Source: an uncultured Verrucomicrobiae bacterium (GTDB taxonomy: Bacteria; Verrucomicrobiota; Verrucomicrobiia; Limisphaerales; UBA11358). From it: DNA of 64,000 nt. The position numbers and the translations under genes are program-made. The stretch spans positions 263,711 through 327,710 of the forward strand of contig CAWHAH010000002.1 of the NCBI GenBank assembly GCA_963827205.1. The letters are read 5' to 3'. Under the pieces are notes generated by a model, which saw nothing but the letters and a program-made list of their open reading frames with translations, was not told the DNA's origin and searched no databases. This document shows positions 19,975 to 29,007 of this stretch, piece by piece (position 1 is the stretch's first letter; each line of letters starts with the position of its first letter).

Positions 19975-22287
19975 GTGACGAACCTGCAAGTCAACGGCAT
20001 GAATTGCCAGAACTGCGTGCGCCACGTGACGGAAGCCATTCAAGGCGTGCCCGGGGTCCGCAGCGCGTCGGTGATTTTGGAAACCGGACGTGCTGACGTG
20101 CGTTGGAATTCCGGTGCGCCACCAGATGTCTCCGCCGTCATCAAGGCGGTCCAACAGGCTGGTTACGGGGCGAAGGAAATCCAGGCCGAGACTTCCGCCG
20201 GCGGCGAAACCAAACACCGGAACTGGCAACTCAACTTGTGGCTGGGCGTCGTCGTCACCGCTTTTCTGATGATCGGCGAATGGGTTTTCAACCTCGGCCT
20301 GAAGCCGTGGTTTCAGTGGCTTGCCTTCGCGCTGGCCGGCGCCGTCCAGATTTTTGCCGGCGCGCCATTTTATCGCGGCGCGTGGCACCAGCTCAAAATC
20401 GGCAGCTCGAACATGGACACCCTCGTCGCGCTTGGCTCGACGACCGCGTTCGGTTACAGCGCGTGGGCGCTTTTGAGTGGCGTGGGCCTTCGCTTGGGAG
20501 CTTCGGCCCCACAAGCCGGCGGACACGTTTATTTCATGGAAGCCGCTGCCATCATCACGCTCATCAGCCTCGGTCATTGGCTGGAAGCCCGTGTGAGTGA
20601 CAAGGCGGGTGGCGCGCTGAAATCGCTGCTCAACCTCGCCCCGCAAACCGCGCGGCGGATTGATTCCGGTAGGGCCGACCTGCCGGTCGGCCAGGACGCG
20701 CAGGACACCCCGACATCCGATGTCGGGGCAGGTCGCGTCCGTACCGAATCAAGCGAAATCGACGTCAGCGTCGTTGAATTGCAAACCGGCGATCTCGTCG
20801 CGCTCAAACCCGGCGACCGCGTGCCGGTGGACGGCGTCGTGGTCGAAGGCGATTCGGCAATTGATGAATCCACGCTCACGGGCGAGTCTCTTCCCGCCGA
20901 CAAAAAGGCGGGCAGCGAACTATTTGCCGGCACGGTGAACCTGAACGGCTGGCTCGTCATGCGCGTGACCGCCACCGGCGAATCCACCGCGCTGGCGCAC
21001 ATCATCGCCGCCGTGCAACGCGCCCAGACCAGCCGCGCCGACATCCAGCGTCTCGGCGACCGCGTGAGCAACGTGTTTGTGCCGCTGGTCGTCGCCATCG
21101 CCATCGCCGCCGGACTTTGGTGGGGACTCGCGCCGGAATCAGCCGGCAGGATGCACGACGCACTCGCGCGATTTTTCTGGCACGCGCATCCGCCCGTCGG
21201 CGCGGCGGCGGGGTTCATCATCGCAGCGGCCATTTTGATTGTGGCGTGTCCGTGCGCGATGGGTCTGGCCACGCCCGCGGCCATCATGGCGAGCGCCAAT
21301 GCCGCCGCGCGGCGCGGTATTTTGATTCGCGATGGCGTGGCCTTGGAGAAAGCCGGCAAAATCACCGCCGTCGTTTTCGACAAAACCGGAACCATTACCA
21401 AGGGCAGGCCGGAAGCGGCGCAGGTCTGGGAAAACGCGCAATTGGCCATCTGCAATCCGCGATTTCTCGCCGCTTCACTCGCGCGCAACTCCACCCACCC
21501 CGTCAGCCGGGCGATTGCCAAAATTTCGGACGAGAAAATCGAATTGGCCGGCTGGCAGGAAATCCGCGGCTGCGGCGTTGAGGCAAAACTCCCACCCTCG
21601 ACTGTCCGCCTTGGTTCTTTGCGCTGGCTCAAGGAATCGGGCGTGGTTCTGGCGGCGGGCGAAAAATTCATCGCCGAATGGACGAAACAGGGCGCGACCG
21701 TCGTCGGGTTGGCCGCCGATAAAACCCTGCTCGGCCTGTTCGCCGTGCGCGACACGGTCAAACCGAACGCGGCCAGGGTGATTGAGCAGCTCCAGCGGCA
21801 AGGATTTAAAACCTTTCTGGTCACCGGCGACATTTCTTTGGCCGCCGCGAGCATCGCCAAACAGGTGGGCATCGCGACGGTAAATGTGTTTGCCGAAGCG
21901 CAACCGGAACAAAAGGCGGCGTTTGTGAAAGAACTTCAGGCGCAGGGCGAGCGCGTGGCGTTCGTGGGCGACGGCATCAACGACGCGCCGGCGCTCACGC
22001 AGGCCGATCTCGGCATCGCGGTGAGCCGCGCCAGCGACATCGCGCGCGAGGCGGCGGACATCATTTTGCTGAAATCGGAAATCGAAGCCGTGCCGGAGGC
22101 GCTGGGTCTGGCACGGGCGACGTTGCGCACCATCAAACAGAACCTGTTCTGGGCGTTCTTTTACAACGCGCTCGGCGTGCCGCTGGCCGCATTGGGCTTC
22201 ATCAGTCCGATTTTCTGCGCGGCGGCCATGGGCGCGTCGGACTTGATTGTGATTGGCAATGCGCTACGGTTGCTGCGGTGGCGTTGA
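19975..22287 (+). CDS. copA: Copper-translocating P1B-type ATPase
   Basis: GTG start. HMA domain GMNCQNCVRHV, CPC motif VACPCAMGLATP, DKTGTIT, GDGINDAP. Carries an in-frame 78-nt hairpin repeat. Confidence 0.95.
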   Translation: MTNLQVNGMNCQNCVRHVTEAIQGVPGVRSASVILETGRADVRWNSGAPPDVSAVIKAVQQAGYGAKEIQAETSAGGETKHRNWQLNLWLGVVVTAFLMIGEWVFNLGLKPWFQWLAFALAGAVQIFAGAPFYRGAWHQLKIGSSNMDTLVALGSTTAFGYSAWALLSGVGLRLGASAPQAGGHVYFMEAAAIITLISLGHWLEARVSDKAGGALKSLLNLAPQTARRIDSGRADLPVGQDAQDTPTSDVGAGRVRTESSEIDVSVVELQTGDLVALKPGDRVPVDGVVVEGDSAIDESTLTGESLPADKKAGSELFAGTVNLNGWLVMRVTATGESTALAHIIAAVQRAQTSRADIQRLGDRVSNVFVPLVVAIAIAAGLWWGLAPESAGRMHDALARFFWHAHPPVGAAAGFIIAAAILIVACPCAMGLATPAAIMASANAAARRGILIRDGVALEKAGKITAVVFDKTGTITKGRPEAAQVWENAQLAICNPRFLAASLARNSTHPVSRAIAKISDEKIELAGWQEIRGCGVEAKLPPSTVRLGSLRWLKESGVVLAAGEKFIAEWTKQGATVVGLAADKTLLGLFAVRDTVKPNAARVIEQLQRQGFKTFLVTGDISLAAASIAKQVGIATVNVFAEAQPEQKAAFVKELQAQGERVAFVGDGINDAPALTQADLGIAVSRASDIAREAADIILLKSEIEAVPEALGLARATLRTIKQNLFWAFFYNALGVPLAALGFISPIFCAAAMGASDLIVIGNALRLLRWR
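20668..20745. repeat. Hairpin REP element inserted in frame in copA
   Basis: GGCCGACCTGCCGGTCGGCC and CCCCGACATCCGATGTCGGGG hairpins between GGTAGGGCC and GTCCGTACC termini. Translated as GRADLPVGQDAQDTPTSDVGAGRVRT. Confidence 0.7.
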
Positions 22288-23038
22288 GAAATTTTAATTG
22301 CGCCATCACAATCGTAGCGGCATAAAACATCTCCATAGGCGAATTAACCTTTAAACCAAGCAGCAAATGAGTTTGGGAAGAAAAATCATTGCTATGTTTC
22401 GGACCGCTGTTGCATCCACCCGTTCTTCTGCTGGGTGGGAGCGAGATTTAGCAATGCTGCAATACCGCGAATCGGATTTGCCACGGGCTGCAGAAAAGGG
22501 GCATCGCCGAAAGGAACACTTGAGTATGCGCGAGGGATCATAGAAATGAAGATTCAGGGAAAATCCGTGGCAAAGACGCGCTGGGAATGGGCAAATTATC
22601 TTTTGCCATATCGGAGTTACGACAGCAAGAGGACGAAAGGAATCAATATTCACGCCACACTTTTAAAGTTAGAGTCACTAAAAGAAGTTAACCTCGATGT
22701 GTCACTTGAAGAATTGAAATTTTGGATTCATAAGAAACTTCATGTTTGGTAACGCATTAACTTACTTCTGATATCCGGTTTGCATGCGATTCGACACATT
22801 GAAACAATCTGTCTGCGAAATCAAGCGTCCAACACGGAAGCGGAAGTTTCCAGCCACCTTGAATTTTGTAATGAAAATCTTTGCTCTGATAAACAAGCGA
22901 AAGCTTTTCTAAACATTCACGTTCGTGTGGTCCTACCTTGAAGTATTTAGACAGGCTATGTTTTTCAGCCGTTTCAAGAGCTGGTTTTAAATCCAGATTT
23001 CCCGGATTGGCTTCACAAGACAATGTTATTGACTTACA

Positions 23039-23275
23039 ATGGAGCCGTATAAACAAACGCTGTCATCTATGTTAACACAACGAAAAACGAAGAATCCAAT
23101 GGATGCAGGCAAAAAGCAGGCTCTGCGGGTGACTTTTGATAGTCGTTTGAAGCTGGAGTTTCACGGCGCAAAGGTCACGTCAGACGCCGGGTTGTTGGCC
23201 TTTCGGGAACTGGATGAGGCGCTGGGTCTGACCGATCGGGGGGAGCATCTGCTGAACGATTGGCGCACGGGCCGC
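23039..23275 (+). mobile_element. IS1380-family transposase N-terminal fragment
   Basis: [52 protein letters not shown] resembles the conserved start of IS1380-type transposases. Similarity stops abruptly near 23275. Confidence 0.55.
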
Positions 23276-24208
23276 GTCAACCGCGCCGCAACGCCGACTG
23301 GCTTCACCTTGATTGAACTGCTGGTGGTCATTGCCATCATCGCCATCCTGGCGGCGATTCTGCTGCCGGCACTGCAGGCAGCCAAGGCCCGGGCGATTCA
23401 GACGCAGTGCGCGTCGAATATGCGCCAGTGCGGCCTGGGATTTCCCAATTTTGCCAATGACCATGGCGATATGTACCCGCCGGCGGGCTGGGCGGGCGGG
23501 TCTTTTCAATTGTCCTGGGATAGCTGGATTAACCGATACATCGGCGGCAATCTGTCGGATGATGAAATTGCGAACGGCGGAGGCGTTTTTTTCGACGGAG
23601 ATTTCCCCGGAGCGGACGCGGCCCCGCATATTCTGGTATGCCCGGGAGATCAATTCCCAAAAGTGAATTGGATGGGCGGCATCAGTCCCTGGTTTTCACT
23701 GCGGTCTTACGCCATGGTGGCGTGCGGCCCCAACTGGCAATCGCAGTGGCAGGTTCCCACGACGCAGCCGCTGCCGGACCTTACCAAGCCCGGATCGTTG
23801 GGCGTTGGCATTTATTGGCAGGACAGCGGTTCACCCAGCTCGCCAAACTGGGATGCCAAAGGTTATCTAACAACCGTGGTGCGTGATCCGGCGGGAACCC
23901 TCCTGCTGGTGGAAAACACCAGCGGACAGCAATGCGCGGGCAATATTTGGACTTGTGTTTGCTACGGGTGCCAGACTTCGGCCAATGGCACAGCCGAGAT
24001 GTATCAGGTTGACACCACCGCGCCGCCACAGAACCCGGAATCCGGCACCAGCGTGAATCAAGGCAATCTTTTGTATAAAGCGCATCAGAACCATTTCAGT
24101 TATGCGTACCACGACGGCCACGTCGAAACTCACAGGATGGAGGAAACGATTGGAACCGGAACCCTCCTCGCTCCCAAAGGAATGTGGACCGTCGCGGTGG
24201 GAGATTGA
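23039..24208 (+). CDS. Chimeric ORF: IS1380 transposase fragment fused in frame to a DUF1559 prepilin-like paralog lacking its own start
   Basis: From 23276 it reads [39 protein letters not shown]...[12 protein letters not shown], about 65% identical to the 18121..19101 product by eye. There is no ATG or GTG between the IS fragment and the G|F cleavage site. Confidence 0.7.
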   Translation: MEPYKQTLSSMLTQRKTKNPMDAGKKQALRVTFDSRLKLEFHGAKVTSDAGLLAFRELDEALGLTDRGEHLLNDWRTGRVNRAATPTGFTLIELLVVIAIIAILAAILLPALQAAKARAIQTQCASNMRQCGLGFPNFANDHGDMYPPAGWAGGSFQLSWDSWINRYIGGNLSDDEIANGGGVFFDGDFPGADAAPHILVCPGDQFPKVNWMGGISPWFSLRSYAMVACGPNWQSQWQVPTTQPLPDLTKPGSLGVGIYWQDSGSPSSPNWDAKGYLTTVVRDPAGTLLLVENTSGQQCAGNIWTCVCYGCQTSANGTAEMYQVDTTAPPQNPESGTSVNQGNLLYKAHQNHFSYAYHDGHVETHRMEETIGTGTLLAPKGMWTVAVGD

Positions 24209-24376
24209 TTTTCCGGCAGCGGGCTGCTTTTTGAATTTCCGATTCACAATTTGAATGGCAGGGCCGCGACCTGGCTCGACATCGGATGTCGGAGTGACCT
24301 GCGCGGTCGCGGACGACCATCCCGTCCGCAGCAGTGCTGCGGTGGACAGGTTGTCCCTGCCAGCCCCCCCAACAGC

Positions 24377-24607
24377 TCATAACTGGTTATTCCCCATTAA
24401 ATTGTGTCCAATGGATTTTACATCTTTGAGGCCTTCGCCTTGTGCCCGCAGGTATGCCTTGAGGTAGAGTTCTAATGCTTGCCCTACCAGCGCATAGCCG
24501 GGAAAGCTGCCCAAACCTTGTTTTTCAAAAACCACGCAGGCGGCATTCTGAAAATCTGAACCGAGTTTCAAGAAGTCACGTGCGGAATTAGACGGAACGC
24601 GAAACAT
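24377..24607 (-). CDS. Possible truncated HEPN-like domain protein
   Basis: ALELYLKAYLRAQGEGLKDVKSIGHNL resembles the helix plus Rx4-6H region of HEPN. Only 76 aa, low GC. Weak call. Confidence 0.3.
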   Translation of the reverse strand: MFRVPSNSARDFLKLGSDFQNAACVVFEKQGLGSFPGYALVGQALELYLKAYLRAQGEGLKDVKSIGHNLMGNNQL

Positions 24608-24723
24608 AATTTTTACAGCAATATTGGCGCAAATTTATTTCAACACTCGGATAAATTATATCTTTCCAAAACCATTCCGCAACGCCGCTCGACAAAACTT
24701 TTTGCCCGGGCCATGCTGCGGCC

Positions 24724-25332
24724 ATGGCATTTGAATCGGATTCGCCGCTCGACCGGCTCTGGCAGGAATATGGCCGGGCGTTTCAGGAATGGGACGACCT
24801 CACGCTCGCGCGCTGGCTGGCGCAAACGCTCGGTGAACTCGAAGGCAAGGCGTGGCGGCTGTCGCACCCGCTCGTCGGCGCCTACCGGCTGGCGGCGCAA
24901 CTGGCGCACGACCGGCAGATCTGGTTCAAGCGGCTGGCCACGCCGCCCGCCGCCTACGCGGAATCGCCGTGCTGCCGGGCGCCATTCCTGCCGTTGCTCA
25001 CGCGCGACGTGCGCGAGTCCGGCCTCATCTGCCAGCATTGCAACGAAACCCTCGTGCCGTTCGAGGAAATCCCCGCCGAACTGCGCGCCGAACTCGAAGT
25101 GTGGGCGCAACAATACGAACCCGTCCATTCCGTCGCGCACTGGGACGACCGCCAGCGCCGGCGCGTGGGGAATTACGATGCCGCCTACGAAAACGCCGCG
25201 CAACAGGCCGAGCAAATGCTCGCGCGCGCCGGACGCGACCTCGCGCCGAAGCTCTTGCATTCCTACGCCGCCGCCGTTTGGGAAGACCAGGACGAATGCC
25301 TCGAAGTCCGGCCGGAAGACGTGGCGGTGTGA
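24724..25332 (+). CDS. Hypothetical protein with a putative Cys4 zinc ribbon
   Basis: 202-aa ORF with coding-like composition. CC...CQHC cluster. Confidence 0.6.
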   Translation: MAFESDSPLDRLWQEYGRAFQEWDDLTLARWLAQTLGELEGKAWRLSHPLVGAYRLAAQLAHDRQIWFKRLATPPAAYAESPCCRAPFLPLLTRDVRESGLICQHCNETLVPFEEIPAELRAELEVWAQQYEPVHSVAHWDDRQRRRVGNYDAAYENAAQQAEQMLARAGRDLAPKLLHSYAAAVWEDQDECLEVRPEDVAV

Positions 25333-25395
25333 TTTATGATTTGTTCCGCGGTAGCACGCGCCGCACAATCGTAAATCGTAAATCATAAATCAAAA

Positions 25396-26073
25396 ATGTT
25401 TAAATGGCTTTTCAAATGGCTGTTCCGGCTGTTCCTGCTGGTGGTGGTGCTGGTCGTCATCCTGTTGCTGTCGCTCAACTCAATCCTGCGCGTCGCGGTG
25501 GAACATCGCATCCGCGCACAGACCGGCATGGAAGCCGAAATTGGCAAGTTTTCACTCAGCTTTGTCGAACCGACGGTGGAGATTCAAAACCTCAGGCTCT
25601 ACAATCCACCGAGTTTTGGCGGCACGCCATTCCTGAACATCCCGGAAATCCACGTTGAATACGACCGTGCCGCGCTGGCCCGCCACGAGATTCATGTCAC
25701 GCTCCTGCGCTTCAATCTCGGCGAACTCGACATCGTGAAGAACGAGGCCGGGCAGACAAATATCTTCGCGCTGGGCGTCACCCTGCCAACCCGGGCGTCG
25801 AAAGGGAGCGGCGCGGCTCTGCTCAAACAACAAACCGGTTACGACTTCAAGTCCATTGACGTATTGAACGTGTCCATCGGCACGGTCAGATTCATTGACC
25901 TGAAAAACCAGCGGAACAACCGTGAGCAGACCATCGGCCTTGAAAATCTGGTGCTCAAAAACGTGAAGTCGGAAGCCGACCTGGCGGGACTGGCTGTACT
26001 GGTGGCGCTGCGCGGCGGGAATTTTTTCGGCTCGCTGCTGGCGCCGCCAAAACCGGGAGCTGGTGGGAATTGA
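25396..26073 (+). CDS. Membrane-anchored hypothetical protein (AsmA/DUF748-like N-terminus?)
   Basis: N-terminal TM segment LFLLVVVLVVILLLSL followed by a beta-rich region. The family call is tentative. Confidence 0.55.
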   Translation: MFKWLFKWLFRLFLLVVVLVVILLLSLNSILRVAVEHRIRAQTGMEAEIGKFSLSFVEPTVEIQNLRLYNPPSFGGTPFLNIPEIHVEYDRAALARHEIHVTLLRFNLGELDIVKNEAGQTNIFALGVTLPTRASKGSGAALLKQQTGYDFKSIDVLNVSIGTVRFIDLKNQRNNREQTIGLENLVLKNVKSEADLAGLAVLVALRGGNFFGSLLAPPKPGAGGN

Positions 26074-26116
26074 TTTTTGCATTTTCCGCGCGCGGATTTT
26101 TTCCTAACCTCGGCGC

Positions 26117-27193
26117 GTGCATCGTGACCCGCTCAAGACCGCCGTCCGCCTCGTCGTGAAACTCGGCACGGGCGTGCTCACCGACAGCCACAAGCAGCCC
26201 GACCCGGCCCAACTCGAGCAGGTCGTCGCGCAAGTCGCCGCGCTCCGGAAATCCGGCAAGGAAGTCGTCCTCGTCACCAGCGGCGCGGTGGGCGCGGGCA
26301 TGGGCGCGCTCGGCCTGGACAAGCGCCCGACGGACCTTGCCGAATTGCAGGCGTGCGCCGCCGTCGGCCAGTCGCGGCTCATGGCCACGTATGCGGACCT
26401 GTTCGCCCGCCACGGCCTGAACGTCGCGCAGGTGCTGCTCACGCATGACGATCTCGAACATCACGAGCGCCATCTCAACGCCCGCAACACCCTGGTCACG
26501 CTGCTCGGCCGCGGCGTCGTGCCTATCATCAACGAAAACGACGCCGTCTCGTTCACCGAAATCAAGTTTGGTGACAACGACAAGCTGTCCGCCCTCGTCG
26601 CATCGCTGTTGCCCGCCGATTTGCTCGTCATCCTCACCACCGTGGACGGCGTCATCGAAAATTTCGGCAGCCCCAATTCCAAAACCATCTCTGTTGTCGA
26701 GAAGATTGATTCCGTCTTGGAAAAACTCGCGCGCGGCACGGACAGTGACACGGCCGTGGGCGGCATGAAATCAAAAATCGAGGCGGCCAAGATCGCCGTC
26801 CGCTCCGGCATCCCGCTCGTCATCGCGTCGGGCAAAAAAAAAGGCGTGCTGGCAAAGATTCTCGGCGGCGAGGACGAAGGCACGCTTTTTGTCGCGGAAC
26901 CCAGGAAATTGCAGGGGCGCAAACGCTGGATTGCGTTTTTCCATCATCCCCAGGGCGCGTTGTTCGTGGATGACGGCGCGAAACGCGCGCTGCGTGAAAA
27001 AGGCAAGAGCCTGCTGCCGCCGGGCGTGGCGCGGTGCGAGGGCGAATTTGTCACCGGCGACGTGGTACGGATTTGCGATCTGGACGGGACGGAATTCGCG
27101 CGCGGCATTGTGCGGTTCGATTCCGCCGCCGTGCGCGCCCGCAAACTGCCCAAGGAGGAACTCGTGCATCGGGATGATTTGGTGATCCTCTGA
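26117..27193 (+). CDS. proB: Glutamate 5-kinase with C-terminal PUA domain
   Basis: VVKLGTGVLT, VLVTSGAVGAG, IINENDAV, GGMKSKIEAA, and PUA region GDVVRICDLDGTEFARGIVRFDS. Confidence 0.95.
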   Translation: MHRDPLKTAVRLVVKLGTGVLTDSHKQPDPAQLEQVVAQVAALRKSGKEVVLVTSGAVGAGMGALGLDKRPTDLAELQACAAVGQSRLMATYADLFARHGLNVAQVLLTHDDLEHHERHLNARNTLVTLLGRGVVPIINENDAVSFTEIKFGDNDKLSALVASLLPADLLVILTTVDGVIENFGSPNSKTISVVEKIDSVLEKLARGTDSDTAVGGMKSKIEAAKIAVRSGIPLVIASGKKKGVLAKILGGEDEGTLFVAEPRKLQGRKRWIAFFHHPQGALFVDDGAKRALREKGKSLLPPGVARCEGEFVTGDVVRICDLDGTEFARGIVRFDSAAVRARKLPKEELVHRDDLVIL

Positions 27194-27197
27194 TTTT

Positions 27198-27296
27198 TGA
27201 ACATCGAACATCCAACATTGAACGCCGAACATCGAAATTTTTCCGTGCCGACGTTATTTTCAATTGGGAGTTCGATGTTGGATGTTGAATGTTCGA
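27198..27296. repeat. Inverted-repeat element (CATCGAACATCCAACAT type)
   Basis: ACATCGAACATCCAACATTGAACGCCGAACATCGAA faces TTCGATGTTGGATGTTGAATGTTCGATGT across a ~30-nt loop, between proB and mazG. Confidence 0.6.
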
Positions 27297-27306
27297 TGTT
27301 TCCCAA

Positions 27307-27987
27307 ATGAAAAAATCTCCTGCCATCAATGACCTGCTCCGTGTCATGGCGCGGTTGCGCTCGCCCACGGGCTGTCCGTGGGACCGCGCGCAAAGCCACC
27401 TGACGCTGCGCCGCCACGCCATCGAGGAGGTCTATGAATTAATTGACGCCATCGAGGCGGGCGACGACCGCGAGATGGCCGAGGAACTGGGCGATTTGCT
27501 GCTGCAAATCGTTTTCCATTGCCAGTTGGCGCGCGAACGCGGTGCGTTTGATTTTGAAGAGGTCTGCCGGCTGCTCGTGAACAAGCTCATCCGCCGCCAC
27601 CCGCATGTCTTCGGCAAAACGAAAGTCAAAAACGTGGACGAAGTCTGGGCGAACTGGGAAAAAATCAAGCGCGCCGAAAAACTTGGAACCAAACATGCGC
27701 GGCATTCCGCGTTCGACGGCATTCCGAAACATCTGCCCGCGCTGCTCCGGGCCGAGAAACTGGTAAAAAAAGCCCGCAAAGCCTTTGCCGACGGCCACGG
27801 GTTGGCCTGGCTGCGCCGCCGCGCAGCCGCGCGTCCCTACCGGAAAAAAACAACAAAAGCCGCCTTGGCCGGAGAACTTTTTGAACTCGCGGCCTCTGCC
27901 CAGGCTCGCGGCTGGTCGGCGGAGGAATTGCTGGGCGACGAAATCAAGAGGCGGGAGCGCCGGTTCCGCCGCCGCGAAAAGGTTTGA
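27307..27987 (+). CDS. mazG: MazG-family nucleoside triphosphate pyrophosphohydrolase
   Basis: LRSPTGCPWDRAQSH, EEVYELIDAIE, EELGDLLLQIVFH, RRHPHVFG. Confidence 0.9.
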   Translation: MKKSPAINDLLRVMARLRSPTGCPWDRAQSHLTLRRHAIEEVYELIDAIEAGDDREMAEELGDLLLQIVFHCQLARERGAFDFEEVCRLLVNKLIRRHPHVFGKTKVKNVDEVWANWEKIKRAEKLGTKHARHSAFDGIPKHLPALLRAEKLVKKARKAFADGHGLAWLRRRAAARPYRKKTTKAALAGELFELAASAQARGWSAEELLGDEIKRRERRFRRREKV

Positions 27988-27992
27988 AAATC

Positions 27993-28059
27993 GGAGCGCG
28001 GACGGCTCGTCCGCAAGTTCCACGGTTTTGCATCGCGCGGACGATGCCGTCCGCGCTCC
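27993..28059 (+). terminator. Long GCGCGGAC-type hairpin immediately after the mazG stop (REP family member, possible terminator)
   Basis: GGAGCGCGGACGGC...GCCGTCCGCGCTCC inverted repeat starting 6 nt after the stop codon. No clear U-tract. Confidence 0.45.
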
Positions 28060-28124
28060 CATTCCAGTTGACAGCCGGCGCAACCGGCGCGAGTTTGTGG
28101 TGTTGAATCTTTAGATACTGTTTT

Positions 28125-28820
28125 ATGAAAACGCGAAATCTTCAAAATTTGGCCCTGACCCTCACGGCCGTCGCGGCGGTGACTTTTTTGGCAGCGAAAG
28201 CTGCGGCCCAGGATTCCACCACGTCCACAACCACGGCGAACACCACTCCGGCGGCTCAACCGGCGGCCGCGAGTCCAGTCGCTCCGCAATTGTCGTATGG
28301 CGTGTCGCAGGTCATGCAACTCGCGCACGCGAACGTTGGCGAGGATGTCATCGTCAATTACATCCAGAATTCCGGCAACGGCTACGGGCTGGACGCGGAC
28401 CAAATCCTCTACTTGAAGCAGCAAGGGATTTCCGACCGCATCATCAACGCCATGTTGAACCAGCGCAGCCGGCTGACGGCTGCTCAAACCGCGCCGCCGC
28501 CGAATTATTCGGACGCCAACAACAGCCAAATTCCGACTCCGACCCCGGCACCGGCGGTTTCGTATGCCCAAACGGCTCCGCCTCAGACAGTCTATGTCAT
28601 TCCCGATACGCAAACGTATGATTACTACGCGTATTCCTACCCATATTACTATCCATACTATTATCCCTACTACGGTTACTATGGCTGGCCGGGGGTGTCG
28701 CTTTCGTTTGGTTGGGGCGGTTACTATGGTGGTTATCGCGGTGGTTGGCATGGCGGTGGCGGCTGGCATGGTGGTGGCGGGGGTGGGTGGCATGGTGGCG
28801 GCGGGGGCGGGCATCACTGA
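28125..28820 (+). CDS. Secreted protein with Tyr-rich and Gly/Trp/His-rich low-complexity tail
   Basis: Signal peptide ...FLAAKAAAQ. Globular block VSQVMQLAHANVGEDVIVNYIQNSG...ILYLKQQGISDRIINAML. Tail YYAYSYPYYYPYYYPYYGYYGW...GGWHGGGGWHGGGGGGWHGGGGGGHH. Confidence 0.7.
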   Translation: MKTRNLQNLALTLTAVAAVTFLAAKAAAQDSTTSTTTANTTPAAQPAAASPVAPQLSYGVSQVMQLAHANVGEDVIVNYIQNSGNGYGLDADQILYLKQQGISDRIINAMLNQRSRLTAAQTAPPPNYSDANNSQIPTPTPAPAVSYAQTAPPQTVYVIPDTQTYDYYAYSYPYYYPYYYPYYGYYGWPGVSLSFGWGGYYGGYRGGWHGGGGWHGGGGGGWHGGGGGGHH

Positions 28821-29007
28821 CACGGAACGCCAGGTGTAATTAACCGCCGATAACGCGGATTCGAGGCAGGTCGTCTTGTCGGGGTGTTCTCCTTGCGGCG
28901 GTCGGCGCAAAAAACTGCGAGGGTCATCCTCCTGTGCGTTCTGAATTTCAGGTGGGCGTTCCACGCTCGTCGCATTCCAAGGATTTTCGGCCACGCGCGG
29001 GGCCACA

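Noticed and set aside
24213-24236. Intrinsic terminators after both prepilin-like paralogs (GCAG-CGGG-CTGC plus T5, and the mirror copy at 18091..18117)
   Set aside because: The stem is only 4 bp and differs between the copies. It is too weak to call and is noted only as part of the conserved 3' flank.
27111-27130. tRNA T-arm-like GCGGTTCGATTCCGC
   Set aside because: It lies inside the proB PUA domain coding sequence (IVRFDSAAV). There is no acceptor or anticodon arm context.
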